Source: Phoronis australis
Lineage: Eukaryota > Animalia > Phoronida
Assembly (NCBI GenBank): GCA_002633005.1
Contig: NMRA01000008.1
Span: 270,156-334,155 of the forward strand
Direction of reading: 5' to 3'
DNA length: 64,000 nucleotides
Part shown: one piece after another, positions 1 through 13,540 of the stretch
How positions within the stretch are numbered: position 1 is the first letter of the stretch
How the letters are laid out: each line of letters starts with the position of its first letter
Made by a program: the position numbers and the translations under genes
Notes under the pieces: generated by a model
The model's database searches: none
What the model was told of the DNA's origin: nothing
Seen by the model: only the letters and a program-made list of their open reading frames with translations

Positions 1-209
1 TTGAAACACCATCAAACGATTTTGCAAATACTGATAGTTAACAAGTAATCAAACTTGTAGCAAATTTGAAATTCACATACTGGAGGATGAAAGTCCCAAA
101 ACTATCCAGTTTTTTACTTGATTTACACATGTGTCAATGAACTTGCCTAGGTAAACGTTTTCACAGAAATTATGTAAATTGCCATTTCCAAACATCACTT
201 ATTCCTCAC

Positions 210-272
210 CTGAAGTAGCTACCTGTTCTGAGACCATGAAATACCCAGCTACCTGATCTGACCCCTGTCCAG
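210..272 (-). CDS. Candidate 63-nt exon of the left - strand gene
   Basis: tcattag acceptor, CAG|gtgagg donor, open symmetric phase-1 frame; unverified. Confidence 0.25.
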
Positions 273-1714
273 CTAATGACCACAGCAAGCAAAACACAGC
301 CAGCCTTGGTTGTGGATTATACAATATACAATGAAACATGACTCACAGTATTCAAGGAAAACCACACTGTGAGGCACCCAACCGGTGAACATCACCTCAG
401 TCATTCTATAAACAACCGCTTGTTATCAAGTTTTGATAGTGTGTGGGTGTTCAATGCTGAGTTCTTACATCAAGACTATGGCTAGCAAAACCCATCCAGT
501 GCAGTGAACTGTTTGATAAGAATGCCAAGCAACTCTTACTAGTAATTGGCCATCAGTTGATATTAATTGCCTATAAAATGTGAAATATTAACATGAGTGG
601 CTCTGTGATAGAAACTGTGATGGAGGCTCAAGACTGATATCACTGTAAATTCTAAATCAGTGGATTCTAAAGTGAAGTTCGTTTAGACATGTTTACAAAA
701 AATCCTCCAATGAATCAAACAAGATATAAACAAAGTGAAATGGTGTAAGTGTGCCAACTTGAAAGTTTCCCCACATTTTGTCCTGGGAAATGGTAAACAA
801 TAAAGTAACAAGCTACATGAACTCAACGTGTTATTATTTCAAAACTTCAAGTGAGCATGTTGGTATTCATCTTATTTCAGAAAATATCTTTACAACAATA
901 ACACTGTTCAATTAGACTTCGACAATAACAAACCTAAAAAGAAGACTTGTGGGCCTATTCTAAGCACCGCAGAAACTTTTCAATTGAAAATTTTGTTCCA
1001 TCAAAAAGCAGGTAAAATACTGTTTCAAAGCCATGACTATTATTTGCCAGGGGCGAAACAATGACCCTAAGCGACATGTCCAAACATCTGGGTAGCCATG
1101 GCAACTGACTGTTTTTAATTAAGACAAACCTTTGGAAAAGAAATAACAAAGAGTTCATTCAGAGAAGTGCCACATGAGAATAAAAACAGACTTGACACTG
1201 GGCCAGAGTCCCAATTTGTTTCAACGGTGTCAACTTTCAATGGCACAGAGGCTGGACATTTTTTAATTGGACACCATTAACATAATTACAGAAACATAAG
1301 CGGTCATTACAGTTCAATCAAAAACTCCTTTGATTTCCACTGTTTTTATGTACTTTGTCCAGGAAGTCGGCTTAAATTAAAAAGTTTAGCGATTCATAGT
1401 AACATACAAAGATTCCCCATTTTAGAATAGCAAAAATTTTACTTTCTGATTTGCTTCTCAATTTTAAGCAGAACTAACAAATTTCATAGCTTCCATGTGA
1501 AACATTTCATCACTTTTTATGTGAAAATTATATCTGAATATCTTATGCTGAATCAGTGTAAAGTTTGGACACGTGACAAGAGTTCTTGACTTACGCTACG
1601 AAACATTCATTACCATAATGCAACACTCAGAGCAGCAATCTAACTGTATTTTGATCAGGAAGATCTTACACAATCTTACCAGACGTTCACCTTATTGACT
1701 ACTTACACAGAATA

Positions 1715-2067
1715 CGGTAAAAACTCTCCAGTTTGGGACAGTCTCTAAAATTTGGGACACTGAAATTCAAGCAGAATTTGAATTTTCTTGATTTTGAAGA
1801 TTGGGACAGTATTTCTCAAATATGTTGTTTTGTATCAACACAGTCTCAAAATAGATTTGGCAGTTCATAACATCTTCAGCAAAAATAGAATGACGATGCA
1901 ACATTTCATGCTTCCTCATTGTGCATAGAGTTGAATGACCCTTTGTCGTTGAATGGTATTCTTAAAATTGAACAGCGAATATCCACTATTTCTAAAATTT
2001 GGTACAAGTTTCGGCCTTGACCAAAATATTTGATTGTTTCCAGTCCTAAATTGGAGAAATTTTACCA
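1715..2067. mobile_element. Tc1/mariner/pogo-type MITE
   Basis: TA|cggtaaaaactctccagtttgggac ... gtcctaaattggagaaattttacca|TA. Confidence 0.7.
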
Positions 2068-2237
2068 TATACCAACATAGAGCATAGCTTCTATTGAAAA
2101 CGTCTGTCACCTTTTGAAAACCCTGAGATATTTCAGCTCTGCATTCTTATGGAAAGACAAATGACTTAGGGTAATTAACTCCATAGTAACACTATTATAA
2201 TTCCTTTTTTTCGAGAAATATAGTGAAATGTACAAGT

Positions 2238-2434
2238 GGGCTCGTTCCAAGAAAACTGACAAAGACAAATCTTAAATTTGCCTAAAGTCCAATTCAAGAA
2301 AGAACTCTAAGTTTGACTTAAGTTTTTGACTTAAGTTTTGTCTTAATTTTGACTGAATTACTGGATTTGGAAGTTTCACACGAATTTTAGACTTAAGTAA
2401 AAATGAACTTAAGTCAGCTCCTTAGAACAGGCCC
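2238..2434. mobile_element. Palindromic MITE with GGGC..GCCC ends (Harbinger-like)
   Basis: gggctcgttccaagaaaactgac ... gtcagctccttagaacaggccc; internal gacttaagt repeats; related copy at about 45851-46070. Confidence 0.6.
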
Positions 2435-4292
2435 AAAGTGTAATTATTGTCTGATCGCATTTTTGTGAATAACCTCTTCTGGAACAGCATAAAGCAACAT
2501 TACTATACTAAAATGTGACACATTTGACATTTCGAGCCATAAATTGACTCAAAGGTTTTTATCCAACAAGATCCTTGCTCAGAACAGTCGCATAAACACT
2601 AAAATCTCACGAGTAATGCTAGTGGGATCATGTGGTTTGCTTGTAATGCATGGTAATATCTCACAGATTTGTGTTTTCGAGAGTGTATAATGTCTATGGA
2701 ACACAACTCCATGCACCATAACTGCAGATAGTGTGTGTACACAATGGGAAGTGATTACATAATACCAGTGTTTACCTGGACTACTGATGACCCTTGTAGT
2801 CCAGGAGAGGCACAAAGAACTCTTAATGTACTCATACTTGGGACCAGACAAGGCTCAAACTGGGGCCAATCACAGGTGACTGATAGATCACATGGTCCAT
2901 GCTTTATATTCTAGTGTGTTTACAACAACAACATTAAAAGCAACAACCCATACAGTGGATGTTCTGTTGGCCAAAATCAGTGGTGCATGAATGCATGTAT
3001 TGTTTCTTGATAGACTGTTTAAAGTATTTGTCAGATTGCCTTTTAGTATGGAATTTTAAAATAAAAATGCAACTTTTATATGAATACGACTCGACTGCCC
3101 TTGGGCTTTCTGTTTCATATGTTACCACTTTAATGACCTGTCGCCAGGATTTTGAGTGACGGCTTAACTGACCAATCAGAACGCAGCATTCTTGACAAAC
3201 CTTCGTTTCCAAGCCGCCATTTTATCCGACAAACAACACATTGTCCGGTAAAACTTATTGTTTGTTTGTCGACTTTTCGCAAGGGGCGGAGCTTGTGATA
3301 GGTCAATTACACTAAGTTTGCTGGGCACAACGTTTTGAAGAAGGCACTTTTCATCATCAGGTCTGCCCAAAGGGCACAGGTTCAAACCTGGTCAGGAATA
3401 TCCCTGGCTAATTGTATCATCTTCAGTCAAGTCAGCAAAATATATTGATTTTTGTGGTAGAAGAAAAGTATTTTAAGCAACCACATCCCAATCTTGTGGC
3501 TCCATCTATAGGTCATTCTGTTGACTTTACACAGTACGGCACACTCTTAGTGCCTGAGGTAATAGTCTGGCTAACATATACCCACACTGATTTGCATTAA
3601 TCCAAAACACCCATAACAAACAGTAGTCATGTTTAAATACCTAATCATATCCAAATAACTACTATCTTAGTAATGCTATATCTGAAACTTTATACGGATA
3701 TGTTTTTGGTGACACACAGTTATGATACTGGTCAAACCTAATAATTTTTTGTTTTAAACGCCAACAATGATTCCTTCTTTTAAAAAGAGGACTCTTTTCT
3801 TATTGATGGCTAGACCAAACTGACAGTTACGTACTGTTGCGTGGGGAGTCGTTCACGTCAATATGAGGAAATTTTACGCAAATGTAGGAATCTTGGAAGT
3901 ATTTTCCATCTGACATGCTAACCATTCACAGCTTGATGAACAGTTTGTCCATATCACCCAAGATGTTTAATTACGTTGAATATTCAAGAAACATACAGCA
4001 GAATGTCAACAAAGCAAACAGGAAGTAAGACGAGTAGTAAAAAATGATTTATCGTAATGTTGATGTTCATGAGTCTTGCTTATTTTCTGCCCTTAAGCGA
4101 GATTCTCGTGAATTTGGATCACGCAAAACAACACAAGTGACAAGCGATAAGTTAAAAGTCATTACAAAAGTAGGCAATGGCTGCCACTGAAGCGATCAGA
4201 GGGTGAAGCTGAGTCTTGGAGTAAATTCACTATTTCTGTACCACACGCAAGCGCATCACAAATGACTTGTCTCAAATACAGAATGCGTTCCT

Positions 4293-4711
4293 GCGCCTGG
4301 AATCTAATCTTTGAACTCGAAATTATTTTTGGCAATTTCTGTGCTACTTTTGTGCGAACTAAAGATAAGTGGTTATCAGGCTGTGCTGGAATACATAATA
4401 GTTTACGCCTATGAGTTTCTAGTCCAAATTTGTACTTGAAGACCCTTATATCCGTGCTACAAACTCGAGTAAAAACTCAAAACTTCGAGTTCAAACTCGA
4501 TCTTTTAGCCTGCAAACTAGGATTAAAAAGTTATTCACGTAAGTCATTATGTACTCAAGCCTGCAAACTAGGATTAAAAAATTATTCACGTCATTATGTA
4601 CTCGAGCATAGAATAATAGACACTTATCTTGAGTTTGCATAAAAGTAGAGTAGTAAATGCCAGACATAGTTTTGAATTCCATTTCGAGTTAAAAGATTAG
4701 AACCCGGGCCC
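4293..4711. mobile_element. Harbinger-like MITE with an internal tandem duplication of about 50 bp (4509-4606)
   Basis: TIRs gcgcctggaatctaatctttgaactcgaaat / atttcgagttaaaagattagaacccgggccc; gcctgcaaactaggattaaaaa occurs twice. Confidence 0.6.
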
Positions 4712-5371
4712 TGGTGTGACGTGATAGTTGCTTAGGCACTGACAACATTTCTAAGTAGCAGTCAAGCTGGTGGCGACATCTGTTGTCCCTAAGATGACTC
4801 AGCATCAAGGGTTGGATTAAAATATCTCCATTGCTGGTAACAGAGTCCATGCTTGGTGTAATCAATATATTCTTCAAGGAAATGCGTTAATTGACCAACG
4901 TATACACCACAATAAAAGCATAATAACACACAGATAGAGCATATCTTCCACATCTCAATGTTTAGTCGCAACATCCACACATACACGCCCGCTAATACAT
5001 ATCACACATTGTAGTCTCATCAACTTCTCTCGGTCTCCCCACATGACATTCAACAACATGATGTCACAAGATGTCAGACTCCAGAAAGTCGCCACTAAGA
5101 TCTGTTTGCCATTCCGAGAAATATTGTAATTGTAGAGGATGAAGACAACACAAATTGTGAATTTTGACGTCATTTCTTCAGTTTCAGTCACCACATCTAT
5201 CCCAAAAGAGTAATTACTGCAAATTGCAAACTGGACAAACAGGTCATTATGTGATCAACATAACATTATGTCATTGCATTTTGTTATGCATAGCCATCAT
5301 TCAGTTCTAACGGTGTGTTCACACAACTGACAACATAAAAAAGTTTCCTTTTGAACAAGGCTATCTCTTAC

Positions 5372-5422
5372 CTCTGTCAATGAACGGGAATCACTGGACA
5401 TACATTTCTCCATCTCTGACAT
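5372..5422 (-). CDS. Candidate alternative first coding exon of the left - strand gene (MSEMEKCMSSDSRSLTE)
   Basis: ATG followed by 17 codons and a strong GAG|gtaaga donor, phase 0; no homology recognised. Confidence 0.3.
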
Positions 5423-6928
5423 TTACCACAAGAACATGTCACCTAACTCTTGCCAATAAACGGTCATGTCACAATAAATCAATGTTGCCGACTCTACAGT
5501 ACTTATTAATCCGGTCTCCCACAACGTGATAATCATCCACGCATTAACGCACAGCCACTGGCAACAGATATAATTATTACTACGGCAACCTGTTCTCAAC
5601 AGAACTTTCAGTGCCCGGCAAGATCTTGGTGACTTCCCAGAGACAAGTACAGTACTTGATTAAAACCACAATGGTTATTGAAGACAGCAGAACCTCCACC
5701 ACAGAATCCTTCAATGCTTAACTGCAGACAAGAGAATACTTGAACAGGAATTGATTGCCTTATTCTAGAAATAACTCTTGCCAAGTTTCGATTTTGCAGC
5801 TTATCGACACTATTGCGGTTCAGACAAGACACACAGATGGTAATGAGGGCTTCATCGGAGAAGAAATCAATGGAACGATGTCTCTATTTGCAGTACTACT
5901 ACTGTTATGACTCAGACACTAAAGACCCATTGCACACTATCAATACAAGAGGCAACATAGACGCCATAGGTCCACTGGGAAACAAACATTCAAATATACA
6001 AAAGTATTGCCACAAGGAAAAAGAAGTGAGCATTTCAAGTGAAAAAGGATATAACTGTCAACAGGATGACTCATAATGTTAAGGACCTTTCCTGTGTCCA
6101 GTCCGGTTTTTTTTTGAGAGCTGACTAACATAGTTCCCACCCACTATTGAGATTCCAATTTTGACAAATAACCTAGCATTAAGTTTCATTTTCAATACTC
6201 ACTTTTACCACAAAATTTTGGAAATTTGTTAGTTCTGTTTATGAACTTTACTACGCAAAACCGAATGCATAATTAGTGAGGCAACAAGAGTGTGAAATGA
6301 GCTTTTCCGCAAGCTTTCCATGTGATTTTAAACTCTTTTCACTCCCTATGAGTTTGCTTACACTCTCCCCTTTCATCAGCTTTTCATGCAGGAAAACTAT
6401 TCTCATCATTGTTCGGAATTTTCTGGGAATTACAAACAAATGGGACTAAACGTACAGAAAAATCCATTCCTTGAAATACTTAAGGCTGTTATACACCAGT
6501 TTTCCATCCTAATGAACTTTTGATTCAGGCCAGTAACCTTGGCGTCGTGAAATAGGTCTCAAATTGCTCACTCTTTATCTGGGAACAAGATGACAAGAAT
6601 CTCAATGCGGTGAAGTGCCTAAATCTAAAGTTTGCTTCTTAGACCGAATGCAGGTTTAAACAGTTTAAGTAGTTTCCTAAGGTGTAAAAATTCTTGTATT
6701 AGTATATTGCTCAAATGAATGCGAATTTGTTTTCTACTCAATAAAGTCTTCATTGTACACCTCGTTTGTCATACACAATTGCTTAAGAAGACTATCATTT
6801 AAGAAAATTGAACAGAATAATTCAATTATTTTCAAATGCCACATTCAATTGTTGAACATTTGTGTCTAATAATGTTTTGTTGTAATGAAATTAGAAAGCT
6901 GCAGAGAACTAGCCTAAACGACTAGACC

Positions 6929-6942
6929 GTTGCCATGGCAAC
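6929..6942. promoter_or_regulatory. Perfect palindromic RFX X-box GTTGCCATGGCAAC
   Basis: Exact consensus match; function not shown. Confidence 0.3.
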
Positions 6943-7047
6943 GAGAGCGGGGAATCTCAAAGGTGGGCCCTTTCTGGGAAAGTGAAAATAAAATGAAACA
7001 ACAGTTTAACTTAATACCATGATACACTTACAATAATATAGAAATAA

Positions 7048-7353
7048 CTCTACAATTTCTCATTCCAATTTTTACAAGACTCAAAATTAGTTGACAAAAA
7101 CAATATTTTACCTTTCTTTTAATTTGAACATGGTGCAATGGCCAGTATTTTTACTTTCTATTCATTCAAAACTATGGCTACAATGGGAACTAATTTCTCA
7201 TACCATAAGGACAACATATATGCTTGACACAGCGCCTGTGAAATACTTGAGAAGCCAAAATACCACCTACGATGTTTTAACTTTCTATTCATTTTGTATT
7301 TTGGTCTTAGGATATCTGCAGCCATTCTACTTAGTTTGCTCACCCCACCTCTT
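7048..7353 (+). repeat. Dispersed repeat, copy 1 (copy 2 at 27369-27687)
   Basis: Colinear similarity over about 300 bp, e.g. ttcattcaaaactatggctacaatg, aatacttgagaagccaaaa, gccattctactta. Confidence 0.8.
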
Positions 7354-10300
7354 GGGAAAACAATTATTTAATTTTGTGCGAATATATAGAGTAATTACTG
7401 TAACAGCGTTTCCCATGGATATAGCAGTTGAGTATGGCAGTACTGACTCATCAATGAACTCACTGGTGTCAACAGAATCCTTTTTTGGTGCTCTTTGTAC
7501 TCAACTTCACTTATTGTACATGATATTTTTCCTAATGCAATTTATGCATGACAGATCACCCAAACTTTAACAGATGGACTCGATGGAGCACTCTGTTATT
7601 CAAAACAAATATGACAAACAATCAGCTGCTTCACTGTGACACCAGGGGATGTGTTCTGTTGACAAAGAAACGCGCAAGATTTCAGAGGACTGTGAAAGTG
7701 CAAAGCGAGAGAGTTTCGTGAGAAAAGGACTCTGCTAGTGTACTTATGCAAAATGGTAGCCACTGAGGTGATTGGTTGGTGAGGTTGGAATGTTGAATTA
7801 CGGGATTGAACACTTTGCTTCACACCATAAGAAATTTCTCAACATAAGTGCTACGCAAGAGGGTCTATGGAACACATCAGTTCTTAATTATGAGCTATGA
7901 GCTGAGCTACACTCAATAGTCTTAATTGGAAAGCAATCACTCTACAGATACTTTTGGTATAAAACACTTAGATCCGAGGTGCCAATTAACTTATCTCCCA
8001 ATTGAATCAGAGGATGGCCGACAAATGAAATTTTTCCTTTTATTTTTTTAAAAAGATGAGCAGCACCAAAAACTGAATTTTCATTTTCACGTTCTATACC
8101 ATAGCAACTGTCATCAAATTTGGTGTTGAGAAATTGTCGCCATGGTATTCAAAAACAGCGTAAGAAGCCTATAAACATGAAAAAGCCAACTGTGCCAATT
8201 TCTCTTGTCAGAAACGGGCAAGATTTTACTAAAATTGGTGAGCCTCTTATTTCTTGGGAAATTCAATTCAAGATCGAGATATGCAGTGTCCTAAGGATAA
8301 TGTCAAGATCACATAGTTATGAGCAAAAATAGTGAATTAATTAGCTACGCAGTTATATTTATGCATTCAAATCACACACAGACTTATTCCTAGAACGAGT
8401 TGTCGCTAGGTTTGAGTGTTGTCTGAACGCTATTTAAACTAGCGCAACTTACTCCCTTCGCGACAACTTACTCCACATAATTGAGGTGGGGTAACTTATT
8501 CTAAAGTAACTCGTGTCAATTATAATCCCTGTGTGTAGGGGGGGTAAGTTGCCCTAGTTCAAGTTGTCCTAGGGTACACTGTGTGTGGACGGGGCTTTCG
8601 GCAAAAATACAGCTGTAATTTCAATAAATGTGGACAAGAAATTGAATAGCTAACCATGATCAATATACACCTAGTTCAAAACGTTGTAACCTGTTTTTCA
8701 CCTTATTTAGCTTACTATAAAACAAAAATTCAATTGGACTTTTCAATGGCCTGTAAAATCCGTCTCATTCACAACATTCCTTAATGTGACAGGATTGTAT
8801 TTCCAATATCAACAAGAAACCATCAGCGACTCAAAAACAACGCTTGAGAGTTTAATTTAGGGTTGGCTAGTGAGAAATAAGAGACTAACTTATGAGACCA
8901 AAAGGACTAATTCGATTTTCGTTTTTTAGCCAAAACGAAATGCAGCTTTAAATATCCATGGTAATCAAATTATTGATGGACTAGACAAACGATTATAACC
9001 ATAGGTCGGCTCAGTGCAGTTTGTAAAGCAGCCCAAAAATTCTTATTCTTGGCATCCGACCAATCCCCCATCCTTGATAGGTTATCGAGTTAAATATTTA
9101 AGTTCTCTGAATTGAACACATGTACAACATTACAAGTGTGTATTATCCAATCAAAATGCAACTTTGGATTCATTATGCAGATCTTGTTGCTACGTTACCG
9201 TTCGTACAGAATTTTGACCAAGAAATTCCAAGGACTTTTGAGTGTAGTTCTTCAAGACATAGTGAATGTAAATTCAAGGCCATTTGCACAACTTTGTAAG
9301 CATTTAATGCAACCATCTTTTGCATCTGGGAAACATATTTAAAACGAGGGAACCAAGTCGGGTAACTTGATATACATTTGTGTTGCTTTTTTACACATCC
9401 TTTTTCCATGAGCAAAACACAAAATGACATGCAGCAAAATAAAATTAAGGTATTTCACATATTTTCAAGTCTGAAAGCTGAAAGTCAAGGAAAGTCAAGG
9501 CTAGAATTCAATTCAAGACTTTAAATTCAAGGGCTTTTCAAGACAGTACAAACTATGTGTATACCTTCCCAAGCAGTGCACTTGGGCAGGTTAAAACAAG
9601 TAGTAAAAACAGTAAAGTTTCCTCAAATTTGAACAAAAATAGTGGCCAAAATTGACTCTTTTTCATTTTTCAGATGCTCACTGTATTGTCAAAAAAGTTC
9701 AAAATTTCACCGTGTGTTTGATGACGACAGCCAGCCGTCCGTACTATTATAAAGTTTTCAAGTAATCGAGTAAACTGTCTTCTTGTTTACTCCTGTTGAA
9801 AATTCTGATAAAATAAAATTGTACTGTTCTGCCATATTGTGTTCTAATTTGTGGAGACTTTACCTTAGTAGCCTGTTTAGCACAACACACAGTGGAACTA
9901 ATGAGCACATAGCTCATTGGTGGGACTAACAGTCTTGTACGAACATTTGATGGTACACTATATGAACTTGAATCAATTTCAAAATCTTAGTATGTCAAAT
10001 TCAATTCAATATTTTTCTTTAGCAACAAGACATCAAATTGTTGCAACTCTAGTCGCTAACCATGCAGTTGTGTAAAGATCAATCTTAACATAGGCTGCAA
10101 CACGTAAAATTCTGATAGCCATTTGCGTGACATACTCATCCACCTTCAAACTTACGTTCCTGCCACTAGGAGGCCTGGGGCTAGGGTGGAGAATTTAAAT
10201 ACACTCCATTGAAAGTGACTAGTCTGCAGTGCCCTGTGAGAGTAAAACACAAGCTACCATCTTTACACTCAAGTGTAGCCTATTAAAAAACCACAGCCCT

Positions 10301-11801
10301 GTACCAAGATGTGGTTAAACGCACTCAACAGAGCAGTTATATTCAGAAGCTCAAGTTGAAATGGCATTTCTCTGGACAAGTGATCTGACTATGAGTTCAG
10401 TGAGTGAGTACTTCTCAGACACAGTCATTGCGCTTTATTCCAAGGAGTCATTCTAAGACTGTCAAGCCAAGAAATAACAAGATTATCAAGATTAATCTGG
10501 CTACAACATAACCTTGGAATGAACCCTAAACCAGAAATTCAAACACCCAATGACTTCAAAGAACATATACTTTCCAATCTTCCAAAGCATCAAACAAAGC
10601 CATAAAAGCATTCAAAGTTTTTGAATTTTTTATATTTGATTATAGTTCGTCTGCTCGCCGACTTTGCCATCCACGAAACAGCTCCAAACCAACAGTAAGA
10701 TCAGTGTGGTTAACCACACATTCAGTGGAAAAAAGCTTCATTTTCAAAGGGACAATGAATTGAAAATGAATGGTACCCAGAGTGACCACCAGGTGGCAGA
10801 GGAGGTCAAACAAAAGAGTTGTTAGTTTACTGCACAACCCAAAGCAAAATCCACTTTTACAGACCGTGCTTGCACTATGGCAAACAAGTTGAATACTTGA
10901 CCTTCTAAACATTCAAGTCGCTAATTCCTTAGAGTCATGTAACAGTAACTCCATCTGTTGGTAGCCATAAAGCCAGCATATAGCCTATCCAGCATACAGT
11001 GACATTGATTTTGGTGCATATGAGCGTCACCAACCATAGCCATCAAATAGAATTCAGTCATTTTAAGCAAAAATACCACATGTTTATTCAAAGTGTAACC
11101 AGAGAAAGGAAAGCGACACTGCAAACTGTATGCTTCTGGGAACCTTGGTATTGTGAAATAAATGAAATAAAAAGACAACTAGGGGGTGCAGTGTAAATCA
11201 AATTTGTCTGTAAGAAGGAAAATGCTGGCATCTCCAGAGGATGACATAAAAGAACAAAATTGGCACAAGGGGACATAGAAGTAGTCGAATCTGTACAAAA
11301 ACTCGTACTCATACTAGTAACGCGTCTGCACAATTTCACAAACATCCATCTAGGCCTTTTGGAGACACAGAAGCAGATGCCGGATATATGCCAAATAGCG
11401 TGACAACACAATGCACAAGAAATAAGTTACAACATATTTCATCTCAAGCATTATGGGCTTTGACATCCAAAATTACTATTGGCGTTTAATACGACTACTA
11501 ACTACCATGACCAAAATGATTCAAGTCAAACAGGACAGATTATAGAAATATTCAAAGAAAAAGAAAAAGACAGGTGGTGCATGGAATTCCTTGCATACAT
11601 TAACAATGGGGTGTAGAAACAATCCAGTAGCTAGATCAAAATTCTGCGGTCAATCAGCTGTAAATCATGTAGGTCTAATCGACAGGGACAATCTGGGTTG
11701 GCATTTGCGACCCACATTATTACAATACAACCAAACCACCACAAGAGTCTATGAGTAGCACAGTGCCGACCACTAGATTTAGTCCAGCCACCAAACTGTT
11801 T

Positions 11802-12089
11802 CTAAACCTCAAACAAAATACAGTCTCTCACCACCCTCATTCCAGTTTGGTCGTCATAGATGCTCATAAACCTCGTATACTGCGGGTCATTGGGAAACGG
11901 CAGGGAGTAGTCAACCTTGTGCTTGAAAGTCTTCTTACGGACGGACTGTGAGACGCGGCGACGCAATGAGTGACGCCATTTCTTGCGGAGGGAAAACGTC
12001 CGAGATAGTGTGGGCGTCTTGAACGCTCCCTCTAGGGATGTTTGTCGTGGAACTTCAATCTTGGCTGTAGATGACACATCTTCTCCAGC
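11802..12089 (-). CDS. Coding exon of an unidentified - strand gene (basic, Ser/Arg-rich peptide)
   Basis: tttactctag acceptor then AGEDVSSTAKIEVPRQTSLEGAFKTPTLSRTFSLRKKWRHSLRRRVSQSVRKKTFKHKVDYSLPFPNDPQYTRFMSIYDDQTGMRV; GC/CpG-richer than its flanks. Either internal (donor gtgaga after 11832; 258 nt, phase 0-0) or terminal (TAG at 11802-11804). Confidence 0.6.
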   Translation of the reverse strand, partial: AGEDVSSTAKIEVPRQTSLEGAFKTPTLSRTFSLRKKWRHSLRRRVSQSVRKKTFKHKVDYSLPFPNDPQYTRFMSIYDDQTGMRVVRDCILFEV

Positions 12090-12829
12090 CTAGAGTAAAC
12101 AACAGCATTAGGTTAGAACTTCCAACTAAATTTCTACTCGGCATTTGTGATAGTTCAATCCTGAGCAAGTCTACAGAGGTAGCCATTTATGATAAATAAC
12201 AAATGGTTAACCTAAGGTGTATTTCTGAACTTAACCAGCCAGTCTGTTCATCACAAACAAAAGTAAAGACCCTCCACAATTTTTCTCAAGAAATGTCAAG
12301 CCATTACACAAGAAAATAGATTTGCCAGAAGGTTGACGTAGGCCACTATCTCGCTACTAAGTGATCCATGTGTGTTGATCGCTTTGATTGGGTGTTGCTT
12401 GACATTCGATATGGGTCATTCACTGTCTGATCCAGATCAAAGGTCAAGCAGCAGATAATCACGCACGTCACACAGAACTAGAGGCAATATTGTGAACTTC
12501 GCAATACTTCCGGTGCATCTTTATTTCAATGTATTTGACATAAGCATTAGGCCCTTCTTTACTTATACTAGCAGTTGTAGAGTATACTTGTTGAAAAATC
12601 TGCCGACAGAGATCATACAACTCTCCGTCACACTCAGTGTCGTATGAAATACTGCACACATGAAACAATGTATCTGAAGTACCTTGGCAGTTTTATGATG
12701 TAAAATCTGTGCATGTGCAAGGTTGGACGGGTACACTATGTCACAGGTACAGTATTTTAAGTGACATCAGAAGTCACGTGTCACGATATACTTGTATGTT
12801 CTAACAGATCAAAATATGCTCCCATGGGG

Positions 12830-12917
12830 ACTGGTCGGATATAGTGGTCTCTGATTTAGAGAACTAGTTCAGCGGTAGCCTGGTTCTCTAAACGAGGGAC
12901 CACTATATCTAACCAGT
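12830..12917. repeat. Long imperfect palindrome (38-bp arms, 12-nt loop)
   Basis: actggtcggatatagtggtctctgatttagagaactag / ctggttctctaaacgagggaccactatatctaaccagt. Confidence 0.75.
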
Positions 12918-13091
12918 GCCCTTCAGGCGAACCATATGAGCCTCTGTTAGCCACTCGCTAACAGGCAATTGCCCATCAGCTGAATGGTTAGCACGGTCGC
13001 CGGTTTTATCGGGGTCGCTGGTTCGATTCTCCTGTTTCCCCGGTCGGGTAAACTTGGCTATTACTACAATAACATTATCTCAACTGGCCCC

Positions 13092-13523
13092 AGTAGATAC
13101 GGTGGTCATCCCATAGGCCTTCCATATGCCAGAAGCTTTTCAGCGAATTATATAATACCTCACACCACTGGTTAACCCATACAAATCATGTTGCTTTTAA
13201 AAAGTATATGCGTCACCTTTTGTTCATAGAGGAGCACCTTAGGAGGTCATTGATGTCTTTAACTCTTTCCAGTTTGAGCAAACACTGCTACAATCACACT
13301 TATTTCACACAGTATTTTTCGTTATCAGAAGAGGAAAACATGCACATTAAACAACCTCCTATGCCCGGCAGCGCGGCAGTCCTAAAGGGGTCCCTCTCTT
13401 GGCTCTATGCGCAAAAGGTACACACATAGCAACATGGTTTTGATGGTTTAATCAGTATGAGGCATAATTCGCTGAAAAGCTTCGAGCATTTGCCTATGGC
13501 ATGGGATGGCCACCGTCTCTACT
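13092..13523. mobile_element. MITE with imperfect TIRs of about 60 bp
   Basis: agtagatacggtggtcatcccat...gaagcttttcagcgaattat is mirrored by ataattcgctgaaaagcttc...atgggatggccaccgtctctact. Confidence 0.7.
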
Positions 13524-13540
13524 AACTGTATATAGTCTAT

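Noticed and set aside
4509-4606. CRISPR-like direct repeats
   Set aside because: Only two adjacent units with no unique spacers, inside a eukaryotic MITE; no cas genes.
7091-7570. 159-aa + strand ORF
   Set aside because: It overlaps a dispersed repeat whose second copy (27369-27687) does not keep the frame; no domain recognised.
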